Source of the DNA: an uncultured Verrucomicrobiae bacterium
GTDB taxonomy: Bacteria > Verrucomicrobiota > Verrucomicrobiia > Limisphaerales > JAFGQR01
Direction: 5' to 3'
Length of the DNA stretch: 64,000 nucleotides
Assembly (NCBI GenBank): GCA_963788655.1
Contig: CAWBHS010000003.1
Span: 15,950 to 79,949, forward strand
A program made the position numbers and the translations under genes. Below are positions 1 to 12,443 of this stretch, piece after piece. How positions within the stretch are numbered: position 1 is the stretch's first letter; every line of letters starts with the position of its first letter. The notes beneath the pieces were generated by a model. The model worked only from the letters and a program-made list of their open reading frames with translations. It made no database searches and was not told the DNA's origin.

Positions 1-3000
1 CATCTACGACGCCGGTCTGGTTCGGGTGGGCAAGTGCAGCATCCCCTCCTGCAAACCCAACGGCCTGGTCACCGTGCAAGGCCTGTCGCGAACCGTCATT
101 GGCGGACCCACCTGGCAAACCAATTCGGTCGTCTTCACCGCCAACAGCACGAACACTTACATGGAGATTGACGGTAATCCGTTGTCACTGTTGTTGGACA
201 GTTTTGCGCTGACGCCGGTACGTGCGCCGGCCTACTACCTGCCAGAGGAACCGCTGACCCCGTTGCGCGGCCAGTTGGCGGCCGGAGATTGGACCCTGGA
301 AATCTGGGACAACCGGGTGGGCGCCGTCGCCACCAATGTTCTCCTGAGCTGGAAGTTGGACATCAGGTATATCAACACCAACCCGCCGGCCATCACGCTG
401 CCCCATGGCGAGTGCTTGACGAACACCGTGGCGGGCGGTGGCACCGTCTATTACATTGTCAACGTGCCGCCGGCCGCCAGTTTCGCCACCAACAGATTGC
501 TCTCTCTTTCCGGTGGCGACTTGGATTTATATTTCAACCAAAACGCTCTGCCCGTTGGCAACATCAGCGGCGACACCAACACCGGCCCGAACGTCCCGGT
601 CGGCGGCGGGGACGTTCTGCTCCTGGACAACATCACAGGGGGGGAAGCGGTCATTTCGACCACCGGCCTCTTTACGACGAATTACAGCACCGGGGTGACC
701 AACCAGGACACCGCGCCGGTCCTGCTGCGCAGCCGGACCTACTATCTGGCAGTCCAGAATCCCGATCCCACCAATGCAACCGACTTCCAAATCTGCCTGC
801 AATTTGACCGCATCGGCTCAGCGCTCCCGGCTTTGGTGGGCCTAACGAACGGACTGGGTTATACGAACTGCCTGCCCGCCGGCGCCATGGACTACTACGT
901 GTTCAACGCTTCCAGCAACGCCGAGGCGGTGACTTTCGAACTCACGAACCTTACCGGCAACGCCGACCTGTACGTCCAACACGGCCCGCCGCTGCCGACG
1001 AACTGTTGATTTTCTGACCAACAGCGTCAACCTCGGCACGGCTGATGACTCGATCTCGATCACCAATTCCACCAACGCCACCGTCGCCGGCCTTTGGTAT
1101 TTGGGTGTCTATAATGCCGATGCCAACGACGTGTGTTACGAAATCGTTGCCTCCGAACGGGTGGGGCCCGTGCCGATTCCGCTCACCAACGGTGTGGCGT
1201 ATTCCAATACCGTCGTCTGCGTTTCCAATGCGGTGCCCGACGGCATTGACTATTTTACCTATGAAGTCAGCCCCAACGCCGCGCGCGTGACATTCGACGT
1301 GTTTGACCTGAGTGATGACGTGGACCTGGTCGTCACCACAAATCTCCCCCTGCCCACCTTGACCGCTTATGACGACGGCAGCTTCAATTTAAACTTGGAG
1401 CCCGAGGAAGTGATGCTCACCACCAATGCCGGCTTCCTCCCGCCCACCGCGGGGACATATTACATCGGTGTTACGCACTATGGGCTGACCAATTGTCCGC
1501 TGACCTATACCGTCATCGCCACGGAATACACGAATGACGTGATCATTACCCCGCTCCCCAGCGGCGTGCCGCAAGCCGGTGTGCTCGCCGGTCCATCGGT
1601 CGTGGCAAGCGGCTTCAGCGCCAACTTGACCATGTCCCTGCTGTCGGCCGCGCCGCCCAGCCAGACGGTCAGCAACAGTCCGGCCTATTACAGTTTCAAC
1701 GTGGCCACCAACGCCCTCCAGGCGAACTTCGAAATCCTCGACGCTGACGGCGACGTCGATTTGTACATCAAACCCGGCCTGCCGCTGCCGGCCACCAATT
1801 TGTTTGCCTACGCCAGCACCAATACCGGCTCGGCCGATGAGTTCATCGCCGTGGCCACCAACTCGACGCCCACTGCATTGCGCCCGGGACCGTGGTACCT
1901 GACGGTCATCAATCCGAACACCAACGTGGTGCATTTCAATGTGAAGGTCACCCAGTTCATCGAGGGCACCAACGTGACGCGCCTGTCCAATAGCGTGCCC
2001 TACACGAACCTCATCGCTTCGACCAACGGCCCCATTCCCGATGGCAGCGATTATTACATCTTCACCGTCACGACGAACGCCACCTGGGTTTCCTTCGACC
2101 TGCTCGAACCCAGCGACAACGTGGAACTGGCCGTCCATCGGGCCACGTTGTTGCCCCGGTTGGATTACTACGATTACCTGAGCGCCAATCCCGGCACCAA
2201 CGAAGAACAAGTGCTGGTCTTCACCAATTCTATTCCGGCGCCGCTCGCTGCCGGCGACTGGTTCTTGAGCGTGATTCGGTCCGGGTTGACCAATCAAACC
2301 AACCTCACCTACACGGTGGTGGCGACGGAGTTCACCAACGAACCGCCGGGGTTCACCACCCTGACCAACGCGCAACCGTACGAAACCACAGTGGCGGGAT
2401 TATCCAACCAGTTCTACCGGTTCACCGTTTCCAGTAATGCGGTGCAGGCCAACTTCGAATTGTTGAACCCGGCCGGCAACGTGGACCTGTTCATCCGGCC
2501 CATCCTGCCGTTCACCAATCCGCACAGTTACGTCTATGCCAGCACCAATGCCGGGGTGGCGAACGAGTTTATTGCCGTGGCCACCAACTCCGTGCCAGTT
2601 CCGCTGGGTTTCGGCGAGTGGTATCTGCTGGTGCAAAACCGCGAAACCAACGCCGTGACCTACACCGTGCGCGTGACGGAATTTGTACCGGACACTCCCG
2701 GCCTCGTGGTGCTGACCAACGCCGTGCCGTACACCCGTTCGCACACCAACGACGCCGGGCCGATCTCGGCGGGCACGGACTACTATTTGTTCAACGTGCC
2801 CACCGGTGCGATTTGGGCGGTGTTTGATCTCTTCGACGCCAGCGCTGATGTCAGTCTGCTGGTGCGCAAAGAACTGCCGTTGCCCACGCCAGCCAATTAC
2901 GATTATCGCAGTGCCAACCCGTCGCCGGCCGACGAGCAAGTCCTGGTGATTACCAATTCGGTGCCCGTGCCGCTGGCGCCCGGCGCCTGGCATTTGGGCG

Positions 3001-6000
3001 TGAGGCATGGCGATTTGGCTGAATCCAATCTGACGTACACCGTCCGCGCCACGGTGTATTCCAACGCGCCACCGGTCGTCATCGGATTGACCAATGCCAT
3101 CGAATACGCCGCCACGATTCCCGTGGGGAGCACGCACTACTATCAATTCACCGTCTCCACCAACGCCGTGCAGGCCAATTTTGAATTGCTCGGGCTCACC
3201 GGCGATGCCGACCTGTTTGTCCGGCCCGGTTCGTCGTTGCCCGGCACAAACAACTTCACCTACGCCAGCACGAATCTCGGCACCAACGCCGAGTTCATTG
3301 CGGTGGCCACCAACTCACTGCCGGTGCCACTGACGCCCGGCGATTGGTTCATTGCCGTGGTGAACCAGGACACCAACAGCGTCGATTACCGGCTCCAGGC
3401 CACCGGGTTCGTGCCGGACACCCCGCTGCTGGTGAACCTGACCAACGGCGTGCCGGTTTTCCACACGGTCGCGGCCGGGACCGGCGAGTTCAACCATCGC
3501 ACCGACTATTACCTGTTCATTGTGCCGTCGAACGCCACCTGGGCACAGTTTGAATTCCTGATCGCGCAGTTGCCGGTGGACCTCGTGGTCCGGCGGGAAC
3601 TGCTGTTGCCCACGCTGGCCAACTTCGATTACCAGAGCATCAACCCCGACGGGACCAATCAACAGGTGCTGGTGATCACCAACTCGACGCCGGTGCCGCT
3701 GGCGCCCGGCGCGTGGTTCATCGGGGTGCCCCATCGCGACGTGGTGACGAATGACGCCAGTTACGTGTTGTTCGCCCGGGCCTTCACGACCCCACCACCG
3801 CTCATCACGCCATTGACCAACACCGTCGCTTTGGCCACCAACGTGCCGGGCAACGGCACGCGCTATTTCCAGTTCACCGTTTCGACGAACGCCGTCGAAG
3901 CCCATTTCGAACTGCGCGATTTGACGGGCAACGTGGACCTTTATCTCCGGCCCGGTTCTTCGACGCCGGGGACGAACAACTTCGTCTATGCCAGCACCAA
4001 CCTGGACACCAACGCCGAATTCATCGCCGTGGCCACCAACTCGGCGCCGGTGCCGCTGACGCCGGGCGGTTGGTTTATGGCGGTGGTGAACCAGGAAAGC
4101 ACAAACGTCGATTTCACGATCCAGGCGACCGAATATGTCCCCGAGACGCCAACGCTGGTGCAACTAACCAACAACCTGCCGTTCACCCAAGTGATGACAC
4201 CGGACGCGGCGGAATTCAATCGGCGCACGGATTACTTCCGGTTCAACGTCGAGTCCAATCACAACTGGGCGCGGTTCGAGGTGTTGGGCGCCGACACGCC
4301 GGTCGATCTGGTGCTGCGGTCCCAAGTGCCGTTGCCCACCTTGGCGACCTACGATTACCTCAGCGCCAACCTGGGCACGAACAACGAACAGATTGTCGTG
4401 ATCACCAATTCGTCGCCAGTACCGCTGGCTCCTGGCGCCTGGTATCTCGGCGTGGTCCGGTTGGAGCCGATCACGAACGACATCACTTACACGGTGCTGG
4501 CCTCCGCCGCCGCGGAACCGCCCGTCATCACCGCACTCAGCAACACGGTCGTGGTGGTCACGAATGTCCCGGCCAACGAAGCGCAATACTATCAATTCAC
4601 GGTGTCGAGCAACGCCGTCGAAGCGCACTTCGAACTGGCCGAATTATCCGGCAACGCCGACCTCTTCATCCGGCCCGGCTCGTCCCTGCCCAGTGAAGTC
4701 AACTTCGCCTACGCGAGCATGAACCTCGGCACGAACGCCGAGTTCATCGCCGTGGCCACCAATTCGACGCCGTTCCCATTGACGCCGGGCGATTGGTCCA
4801 TCGCCGTGGTGAACCTGGAAACGAACCTCGTGAATTACACCATTCAGGTGACCGAATACGTGCCCGAAACGCCGACGCTATTGGCGCTGACCAATGGCGT
4901 GGATTACACGAACACCGTGCTGTCCGGCACGGGCGAGTTCAACCACCGCACGGATTTCTATCTGTTCAACGTCGAGTCGAACCATTCATGGGCGACGTTC
5001 GAGGTGCTGGCGCCCGAGGCGCCGGTGGACCTGGTGGTGCGCCGCGAACTGCCGCTGCCGTCGCTCGCCGACTACGACTATCGCAGCATCAATCCCGGCC
5101 TGCTGGATGAGCAGGTGCTGGTGGTCACCAACTCGACCCCGGTGCCGCTCGAGGCGGGCGCCTGGTATCTGGGCGTCGTCCGCTTGACGCCGGCGACCAC
5201 CAATCAGACATACACGGTCCGCGCCACCGCCTTCACCAACGAACCGCCCGCGGTCACCGTCCTCAGCAACGCCGTGGCCATAGCCACTAACGCGCCGGAC
5301 TTCGGTCCGCAGTATTATCGCTTCAACGTCCCCACCAATGCCGTCGAAGCGCACTTTGAACTGCTGGGCTTGACCGGCAATGTCGATTTGTTCGTCCGCC
5401 CCGGCTCGTCGTTGCCCAGTCCGGCGAACTACGCGTATGCCAGCACCAACGCCGGTACCAATGCCGAGTTCATCGCCACGGCCACCAATTCGCTGCCGGT
5501 GCCGCTGAGCGCCGGAGATTGGTTCCTCACCGTGTGGAACCAGGAATCCAATCACGTGGATTATATCGTCCAAGCCACGGCGTTTGTGCCGGATACCCCG
5601 ACTTTGCCGACGCTGACCAACGCCGAGCCGCGCCCGAATGTTGTCCAGGCTGGCGACGGTGAATTCAACCAGCGCACGGACTACTACGTCTTCAACGTGG
5701 AGTCCAACGCCAACTGGGTGCTGTTCGAAGTGTTGAATCCCGATGCGCCGGTGGACCTTGTTGTCCGCCGCGAAGTGCCGCTGCCCACGCTGGCGGATTA
5801 CGATTATCGCAGCATCAATCTCAGCACGAACGAAGAACAGGTGCTGGTGCTCACCAACTCGACTCCGGTGCCGTTGAGTCCGGGCCCATGGTATGTCGGG
5901 GTGGTCCGGTTGACGGCTGCCGTGTCGAACAACGTCTCCTACGTGGTGCAGGCGACGGCGTTTACCAACGAGACACCGATCATTACCGAACTGACCAACG

Positions 6001-9000
6001 CCGTCGCCCTGAGCACCAACGCGCCGGCGGAGGGCGTGCAGTTTTACCAGTTCAACGTGTCCGCCGACGCGGTCCAGGCCAATTTTGAAATCCAGGGCCT
6101 GACCGGTGACGTGGACCTGTACGTGCGCCCCGGCTCGTCGCTGCCAGGCACCAACAACTTCGTTTACGCCAGCACCAACCTTGGTTTCAGCCCTGAGTTC
6201 ATTGCAGTGGCCACCAACTCATTGCCCGTGCCGTTGACGCCGGGCGGTTGGTTTCTCGCGGTGGTCAACCGTGAGGCCGATGCCGTGGATTACACGATCC
6301 AGGTTACCGAATTTGTCCCTGACACGCCTACGCTGCTGACTCTGACGAATACCGTGCCGTTCACCAACACGGTGACCGCCGGCACCGGCGAGTTCAACCA
6401 GCGGACGGATTACTACTTGTTCAACGTCGCGTCCAACGACGTGTGGGCCACCTTCGAAGTCTTCGGCGCCGATGCGCCCGTGGACCTGGTCCTTCGCCGG
6501 GAAGTGCCGTTGCCCACGCTGGCTGAATACGATTACCTCAGCGCCAACGAAGGCACCAACGACGAACAAGTGCTGTTGCTCACCAACACGCTTCCCGTGC
6601 CGCTGGCGTCCGGACCCTGGTATCTGGGCGTGGTCCGGCTCACTCCGGCCACCAACGACATCACGTACGTCGTGCGAGCGTCGGCGTCCGCTGCCGGGGC
6701 GCCGGCAATTACGGTGCTGACTAACGCTGTGCCGCTGACCAACAACGTCAGCAGTCCGGGCACGAATTACTACCAATTTTCCGTCTCCTCGAACACGGTG
6801 CAGGCAAACTTCGAACTGCTGGCGCTGACTGGCAACGTCGATTTGTATCTCCGCTCCATCTCCTCCTTGCCCGGACCAAAAAACTACACGTACGCCAGTA
6901 CCAACACCGGCACCAACGGCGAATTCATCGCCGTGGCCACCAACTCATTGCCAGTGCCGCTGACCGCCGGCGAATGGTTCCTCGCGGTGGTGAACCAGGA
7001 TACGGGCGCCGTGGATTACGCCATTCAGGCGACGGAATTTGTGCCCGGTACGCCGACTTTGGTCGAACTGACCAATGGGGTTCTGTACACAACCAACATT
7101 CTCGCAGGCACCGGCGAGTTCAATCATCGGACCGATTACTATCTGTTCAACGTGGAGTCCAACGCGACTTGGGTTTCCTTTGACATGCTCTTTGCCTCGC
7201 AGCCCGTGGACATGTCGCTCAGCCGGAACGTGCCGCTGCCCACGCTGACCGATTCCGATTATCTCAGCGACAATCCGGGTCTGGCCGCCGAGCAGTTACT
7301 CGTCATCACCAACTCTCGACCGGTGCCGCTGGCGCCCGGTCCCTGGTACGTGGGCGTGACGCGGCTCGAATACGCGACGAACGACCTGTTTTATCTCTTG
7401 AGCGTCACCGCGTTCACCAGCGCCCCGCCCGCGCTCACCGTGTTGAGCAATGCCGTCGCGCTGGCTGCGAACATTTCCGTCGGCGCCACGCAGTACTATC
7501 AGTTCGCCGTTTCCCGCGGCGCGGTGCAGGCCAACTTCGAAATCCTCGATCCGTCGGGTGACGTGGACCTGTTCCTCAAGCGCGGTTTCCCGCTGCCGGG
7601 CACCAGTGTGTACGATTACGCTGGAACCAACGCCGGCCCGGCGAGCGAGTTCATTCGCGTGACGAACAATTTCGACTCGACCACCCTGAAACCGGGCAAC
7701 TGGTTCCTGGCGGTGGTGAACCGGGAAACCGCGCCGGTGGATTACTGGGTGCGCGCCACTGAGTTCGTACCGGGAACGCCCACGCTCCGACGACTTGCCG
7801 ACGGCGAGCCGTATCACTTCCGCCGCGTCAACACCGGATTGCCGACCGGCGGAGGCGTTGAGTATTACGTCTTTGAAGTCTCCAGCAACGCAACCTGGGT
7901 CACGTTTGACGTGCGCAATCCCTCCGCCAACGTGGACTTGGTGCTGCGCCGCGAACTGCCGCTGCCCACACCGACCGAATACGATCAGCACAGTGTCAAT
8001 CCGGGCACGAATGACGAGCAGGTGCTGCTGATCACCAATGACGTGCGGTTTGCGCTGGAGCCCGGCGATTGGTACCTGGGCGTGACTCATGCCGAGCTGA
8101 CTGGCGGTTTGCTCCAATACACCGTGCAAGCCACGGAATTCACCAACGCGCCGCCGGTCATCACCACGCTTACTAATGCCGTCCAATTGACTAGTCAGGT
8201 AGATGTTGGCGACCCCAAATATTATCTGTTTATCGTTTCCTCCAACGCGGTGCAGGCGAATTTCGAAGTGCGGAATTACTTTGGAAACGCGGATTTGTTC
8301 ATCAAACCGGGTCTGCCCTTGCCCGATCAACTGACCTACGCTTATGCCAGCACAAATGCGGGAACCAATTCCGAATTCATTGCCGTGGCTACCAACTCGA
8401 TGCCCATCGCCTTGACGCCAGGCCCCTGGACTTTGGCGGTGGTTGACGCGGACCCAGCGTTGCCGGCAATCAGCAGTGTGCGGGTGACCGAATTTGTGCC
8501 CGGCGCCACCAACCTGTTCGTACTTACCAACGCAATGCCGTTCACCAAAACCGTTGCGCCTGGCCCCGGGGTGTTTGACGACCGGATCGAGTATTTCGCC
8601 TTCGACGTGCCAACCAATGCCAGCTACGTGAGCTTCGATCTGTTGCAACCTACGGACAACGTGGACCTGATGGTGAGCCATAGTGTGCCGTTGCCGCGGC
8701 CGTACGAATTCGATTATCGCAACGCCAATCCCGGCACCAACGACGAACAGGTGCTGGTGGCCACCAATTCCACACCAGTACCGTTGACCCCAGGTCTGTG
8801 GTTCCTCGGCGTTATTCACGACACTGCGCCCACGAACACGGAGACCTACACGGTGCTGGCCACGGTGTTTACCAACGAGCCGCCGACCATCGTCACCCTG
8901 ACCAATGGACGGCCTTTCTCCGGCACGTTCGAGGTGGCAGGCACGAATTATTACAAGTTTGTGATGCCGTCCAACGCCATCCAGGCGGACTTCGAAGTGA

Positions 9001-12000
9001 CTGGCATGTCGAGCAACCTGGACCTGTTCATACGTCCATGGCTGCCCTTGCCCAGCCTGACCAACCACGCGTACGCCAGCACCAACGCCGGCCAGGCCGA
9101 TGAGGCAATTCATGTCACCACCAACTCGACCCCCGTCCCGCTGGCGCCAGGTGACTGGTATCTGGCGGTGCTGAACACCAACGCAGCCTCGGTCATCTAC
9201 TCAGTGAAAGTTTCCGCCTACCCGCCGTTGATACCGCTGACCAACGGAGTGCCCGTAACGAATACGATTGCCGAGGGAACCAATGCGGTACCGGACGGTT
9301 TCGATTATTACGTGTTTCAGGTGAGCAGTAATTCGACCTGGGCCACGTTCGAGGTGCTGCAACCTTCGGCCAATGTCGATCTGCTGGTGACGCGTGGCCT
9401 GCCGTTCCCGGAACGGGATCACTTTGATTACCGAAGCATCAATCCGGGCACCAATGACGAACAGGTGTTGGTGATCACCAATTCCGTTCCGGTTCCGCTC
9501 GCGCCGGGCAACTGGTATCTCGGCGTCACTCACTTTGGCCTGACGGAAACCAATCTCAGTTACACCGTGCGCGCCACCGAGTTCACGTCCGCGCCACCGG
9601 TGATCGTCACCGTCACTAACGACTTCCCGGTGACGAATATCACCATCGCGGCGCTGGAAACCAATTACTACAAATTCGAGGTGTCCGCCGACGCGGTGCA
9701 GGCCAATTTCGAACTACTGGGCCTGACCGGCGATGTCGATCTGTTTATCCGTCCCGGCTCCTCGCTGCCCAGCCCGAACAACTTTGCTTACGCCAGCACG
9801 AATCTCGGCACCAACGAGGAGTTCGTTGCCGTGGCCATCAACTCGCTGCCCGTGCCGCTCAGTTCGGGCGAATGGTTCGTGGCAGTGATCAACCAGCAAA
9901 CCAACGTGGCGGTCGATTACCATCTACAGATGACCGAATTCGTCCCCGGCACGCCGGAGTTGTTGGAGTTGACTAACGCTGTGCCCGTTCGTGAAAACCG
10001 TGCCGGTCGGCACCGGCGAATTCAATCACCGCCTGGACTATTACTGGTTCAACGTCGAGTCCAACGCCACCTGGACCGTGTTTGATGTCATCGCTCCCAG
10101 CGCGCCGGTGGACCTCGTGGTGCGCCGCGAGTTGCCGTTGCCAATGGCGGCCGACTACGATTATCGCAGTATCAATCCGAGCACAAATGACGAGCAGGTG
10201 CTGCTGCTGCCGACTTCGACACCGGTTCCGTTGACGCCCGGCCCATGGTATCTCGGCGTGGCCCGGCTCGACGTGGCCACCAATGACCTCACGTACGCCA
10301 TTCGCGCCACCTCGTTTACCAGCGTACCGCCGTCAATCATGGAGCTAACCAATGCGCTACCGTTCACCAACGACCTCACCGTGGCGGCCACACAGTATTA
10401 CCAGTTCCGCGTTTCCACGAACGCGGTCCAGGCCAACTTCGAATTGCTGGGCCTGACTGGCGATGCCGACTTGTTCATTCGCCCCGGATCGTCCCTGCCG
10501 GGCACCAACAATTTCGCCTACGCCAGCACCAACGCCGGCACGAATGCGGAGTTCATCGCTGTGGCCACCAACTCATTGCCCGTGGCTCTGACGGCCGGCG
10601 ATTGGTTCATCGGCGTTGTCAACCGCGACTCTACGCCGCTATCTTATTCCATCCAGGCGACCGAATTCATTCCGGCTACACCGCTGCTGGTGGAACTGAC
10701 CAATGGTGTGCCGTTCACGAACACGGTGCTGGCCGGTACCGGCGAATACAATCAGCGCGCCGATCACTATCTATTTAACGTGCAGTCCAACGACACGTGG
10801 GCGGCGTTCGAAGTCTGGGATGCCGATGTGCCACTGGACCTGTTCGTACGCCGCGAAACGCCGCTGGCGACGGCTGACACTTACGACTATCTAAGCGTCA
10901 ATCCCGGCACCAATTACGAGCAGGTGCTCGTGATCACCAACTCGACCCCCGTGCCGCTCGAAGCCGGCGCCTGGTCGGTCGGCGTCGTGCGTCTCGACGC
11001 CGCCACGCAGGACGTTCATTACGTGGTCCAGGCCCTGGCGTTCAACACCGCACCGCCGGCCATCACAACATTGAGCAATGCCGTGGCCGTGACGGCCCAC
11101 GTGCCCGGCGACGGGACACAGTACTATCAGTTCAACGTTTCCAGCAACGCGGTCCAGGCGAACTTCGAACTCACCGGTCTCACTGGCAACGTCGATCTCT
11201 ATGTGCGTCCCGGCTCATCGATGCCGGGCCCGGACAACTACGTCTATGCCAGCACCAACTCTGGCGCCGGCGATGAATGGGTGATCGTTACCACGAATTC
11301 CGTCCCGGTGCCGATCATGCCGGGCGGTTGGTTCCTGGCGGTGGTCAACAAGGACGCATTGCCGGTGGATTATACGGTCCGCGTCACTGAGTTCGTGGCC
11401 GGCACCGATGTCGTGCAGCTTACCAACGGCGTGCCGTTCACCAATGACGTGGCCAGCGTCACCAATCGCCTGGACAGCAGCGTGGACTATTATGTATTCA
11501 CCGTCTCCACCAACGCGGTCCGCGCCCAATTCGAAGTGTTGGATCTGGATTCCGATGTCACCATGGTCCTTCGCCACGAACTGCCATTGCCCACTCTGAC
11601 ACAGTATGACTACCAGAGCGCCAATCCCTCCACGAACAACGAAGAAATCGTGATCTATGACTTTTCGTCTCCAGTGCCGCTTGGTGCCGGCGACTGGTAC
11701 TTGGGCGTCGTTAAACTTGAAACCAACCAGGTGAATTACATCGTTCGCTTCAACGAGTTCAGTCAATACAGCGCCAACCTGCTGATCACCGGCATCCAGC
11801 CGGCGGCGGACGAATTGTGTCTCACGTGGACCAACACCGTGCCGGGAGTGCCGTATTATCTTCAAGGGGCCATGGCCTTGGGCACGTCCAACTGGTTTGC
11901 CGCCTCCCCGACGCTCACCGCCGACGATACCAGCATCACGTGGTGCCTGCCGCAGCCGACACCGTTCCGGTTTTTCCGGGTGGCGGAAGGACCGGCCGTA

Positions 12001-12246
12001 GCGAATGCCGAGCTGGCGGTCCGGATCAGCGACTACGGGATGAACACGAACGGCATGGCGTTGGAATGGATTTCCTCGCCGGTGTTGACTTTCCAGGTGG
12101 AATGGGCGCCAACAGTGACGGGACCGTGGCAATCCTTCAACGACAGCGTGACCTCGACTAACGGCCTGTTCCGGTTCACCGACGACGGCTCCCAAACCGG
12201 TGGTCCCGACCCAATCCGCTTCTACCGGCTCAAGTCGCAACCATAA
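1..12246 (+). CDS. Giant surface/secreted protein, 5'-truncated by the window: P-domain-like segment followed by ~31 tandem pre-peptidase C-terminal (PPC)-like domains; split into ORFs 26-1009, 1101-10085 and 9991-12246 by two frameshifts
   Basis: The frame is open from base 2. LRGQLAAGDWTLEIWDN resembles the end of a proprotein-convertase P domain. Repeats read YYxFxV...(A/H)NFE...DLFVRPG...LP...GxW(F/Y)LxV. Repeat register continues across ~1006 (...gat ttt ctg acc aac agc) and ~9985 (extra C in gtgcccgttc). Ends in RFYRLKSQP. Confidence 0.85.
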
Positions 12247-12256
12247 GCGAACGTCC

Positions 12257-12302
12257 AACATGTTGCCGGCCCCAACGTGCTGCCGGCCTCCTGCCGGCAG
12301 AG
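12257..12302. repeat. REP-like palindrome of the AACGTGCTGCCGGC...GCCGGCAGA family downstream of the giant gene
   Basis: aacgtgctgccggcctcctgccggcagag; the same family occurs at ~42388, 42651-43007 and ~49519. Confidence 0.7.
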
Positions 12303-12443
12303 CGAACGTAGCAAACCCGATCGAATCGAGAAGGTATCCGAGCGCATCATTCACCCACCGCATAGCGAGCAAAGAAGCTGTTATTTTCCCTCCGCTCATT
12401 TTGTTGCTTTGCTCGTTTCCGTTTGGCCCGCTAAAACAGGGGC

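Noticed and set aside
1000..1015. Programmed frameshift or phase variation in the giant gene (also ~9985)
   Set aside because: No slippery heptamer or long homopolymer; similar single-base indels elsewhere point to sequencing error
1389..11100. Long minus-strand ORFs over the giant gene (e.g. 7296-9113)
   Set aside because: Antisense shadows typical of GC3-biased coding DNA; no recognisable motifs
1..12246. Diversity-generating retroelement target
   Set aside because: No reverse transcriptase in the window, and no adenine-specific TR/VR pair seen among the repeats
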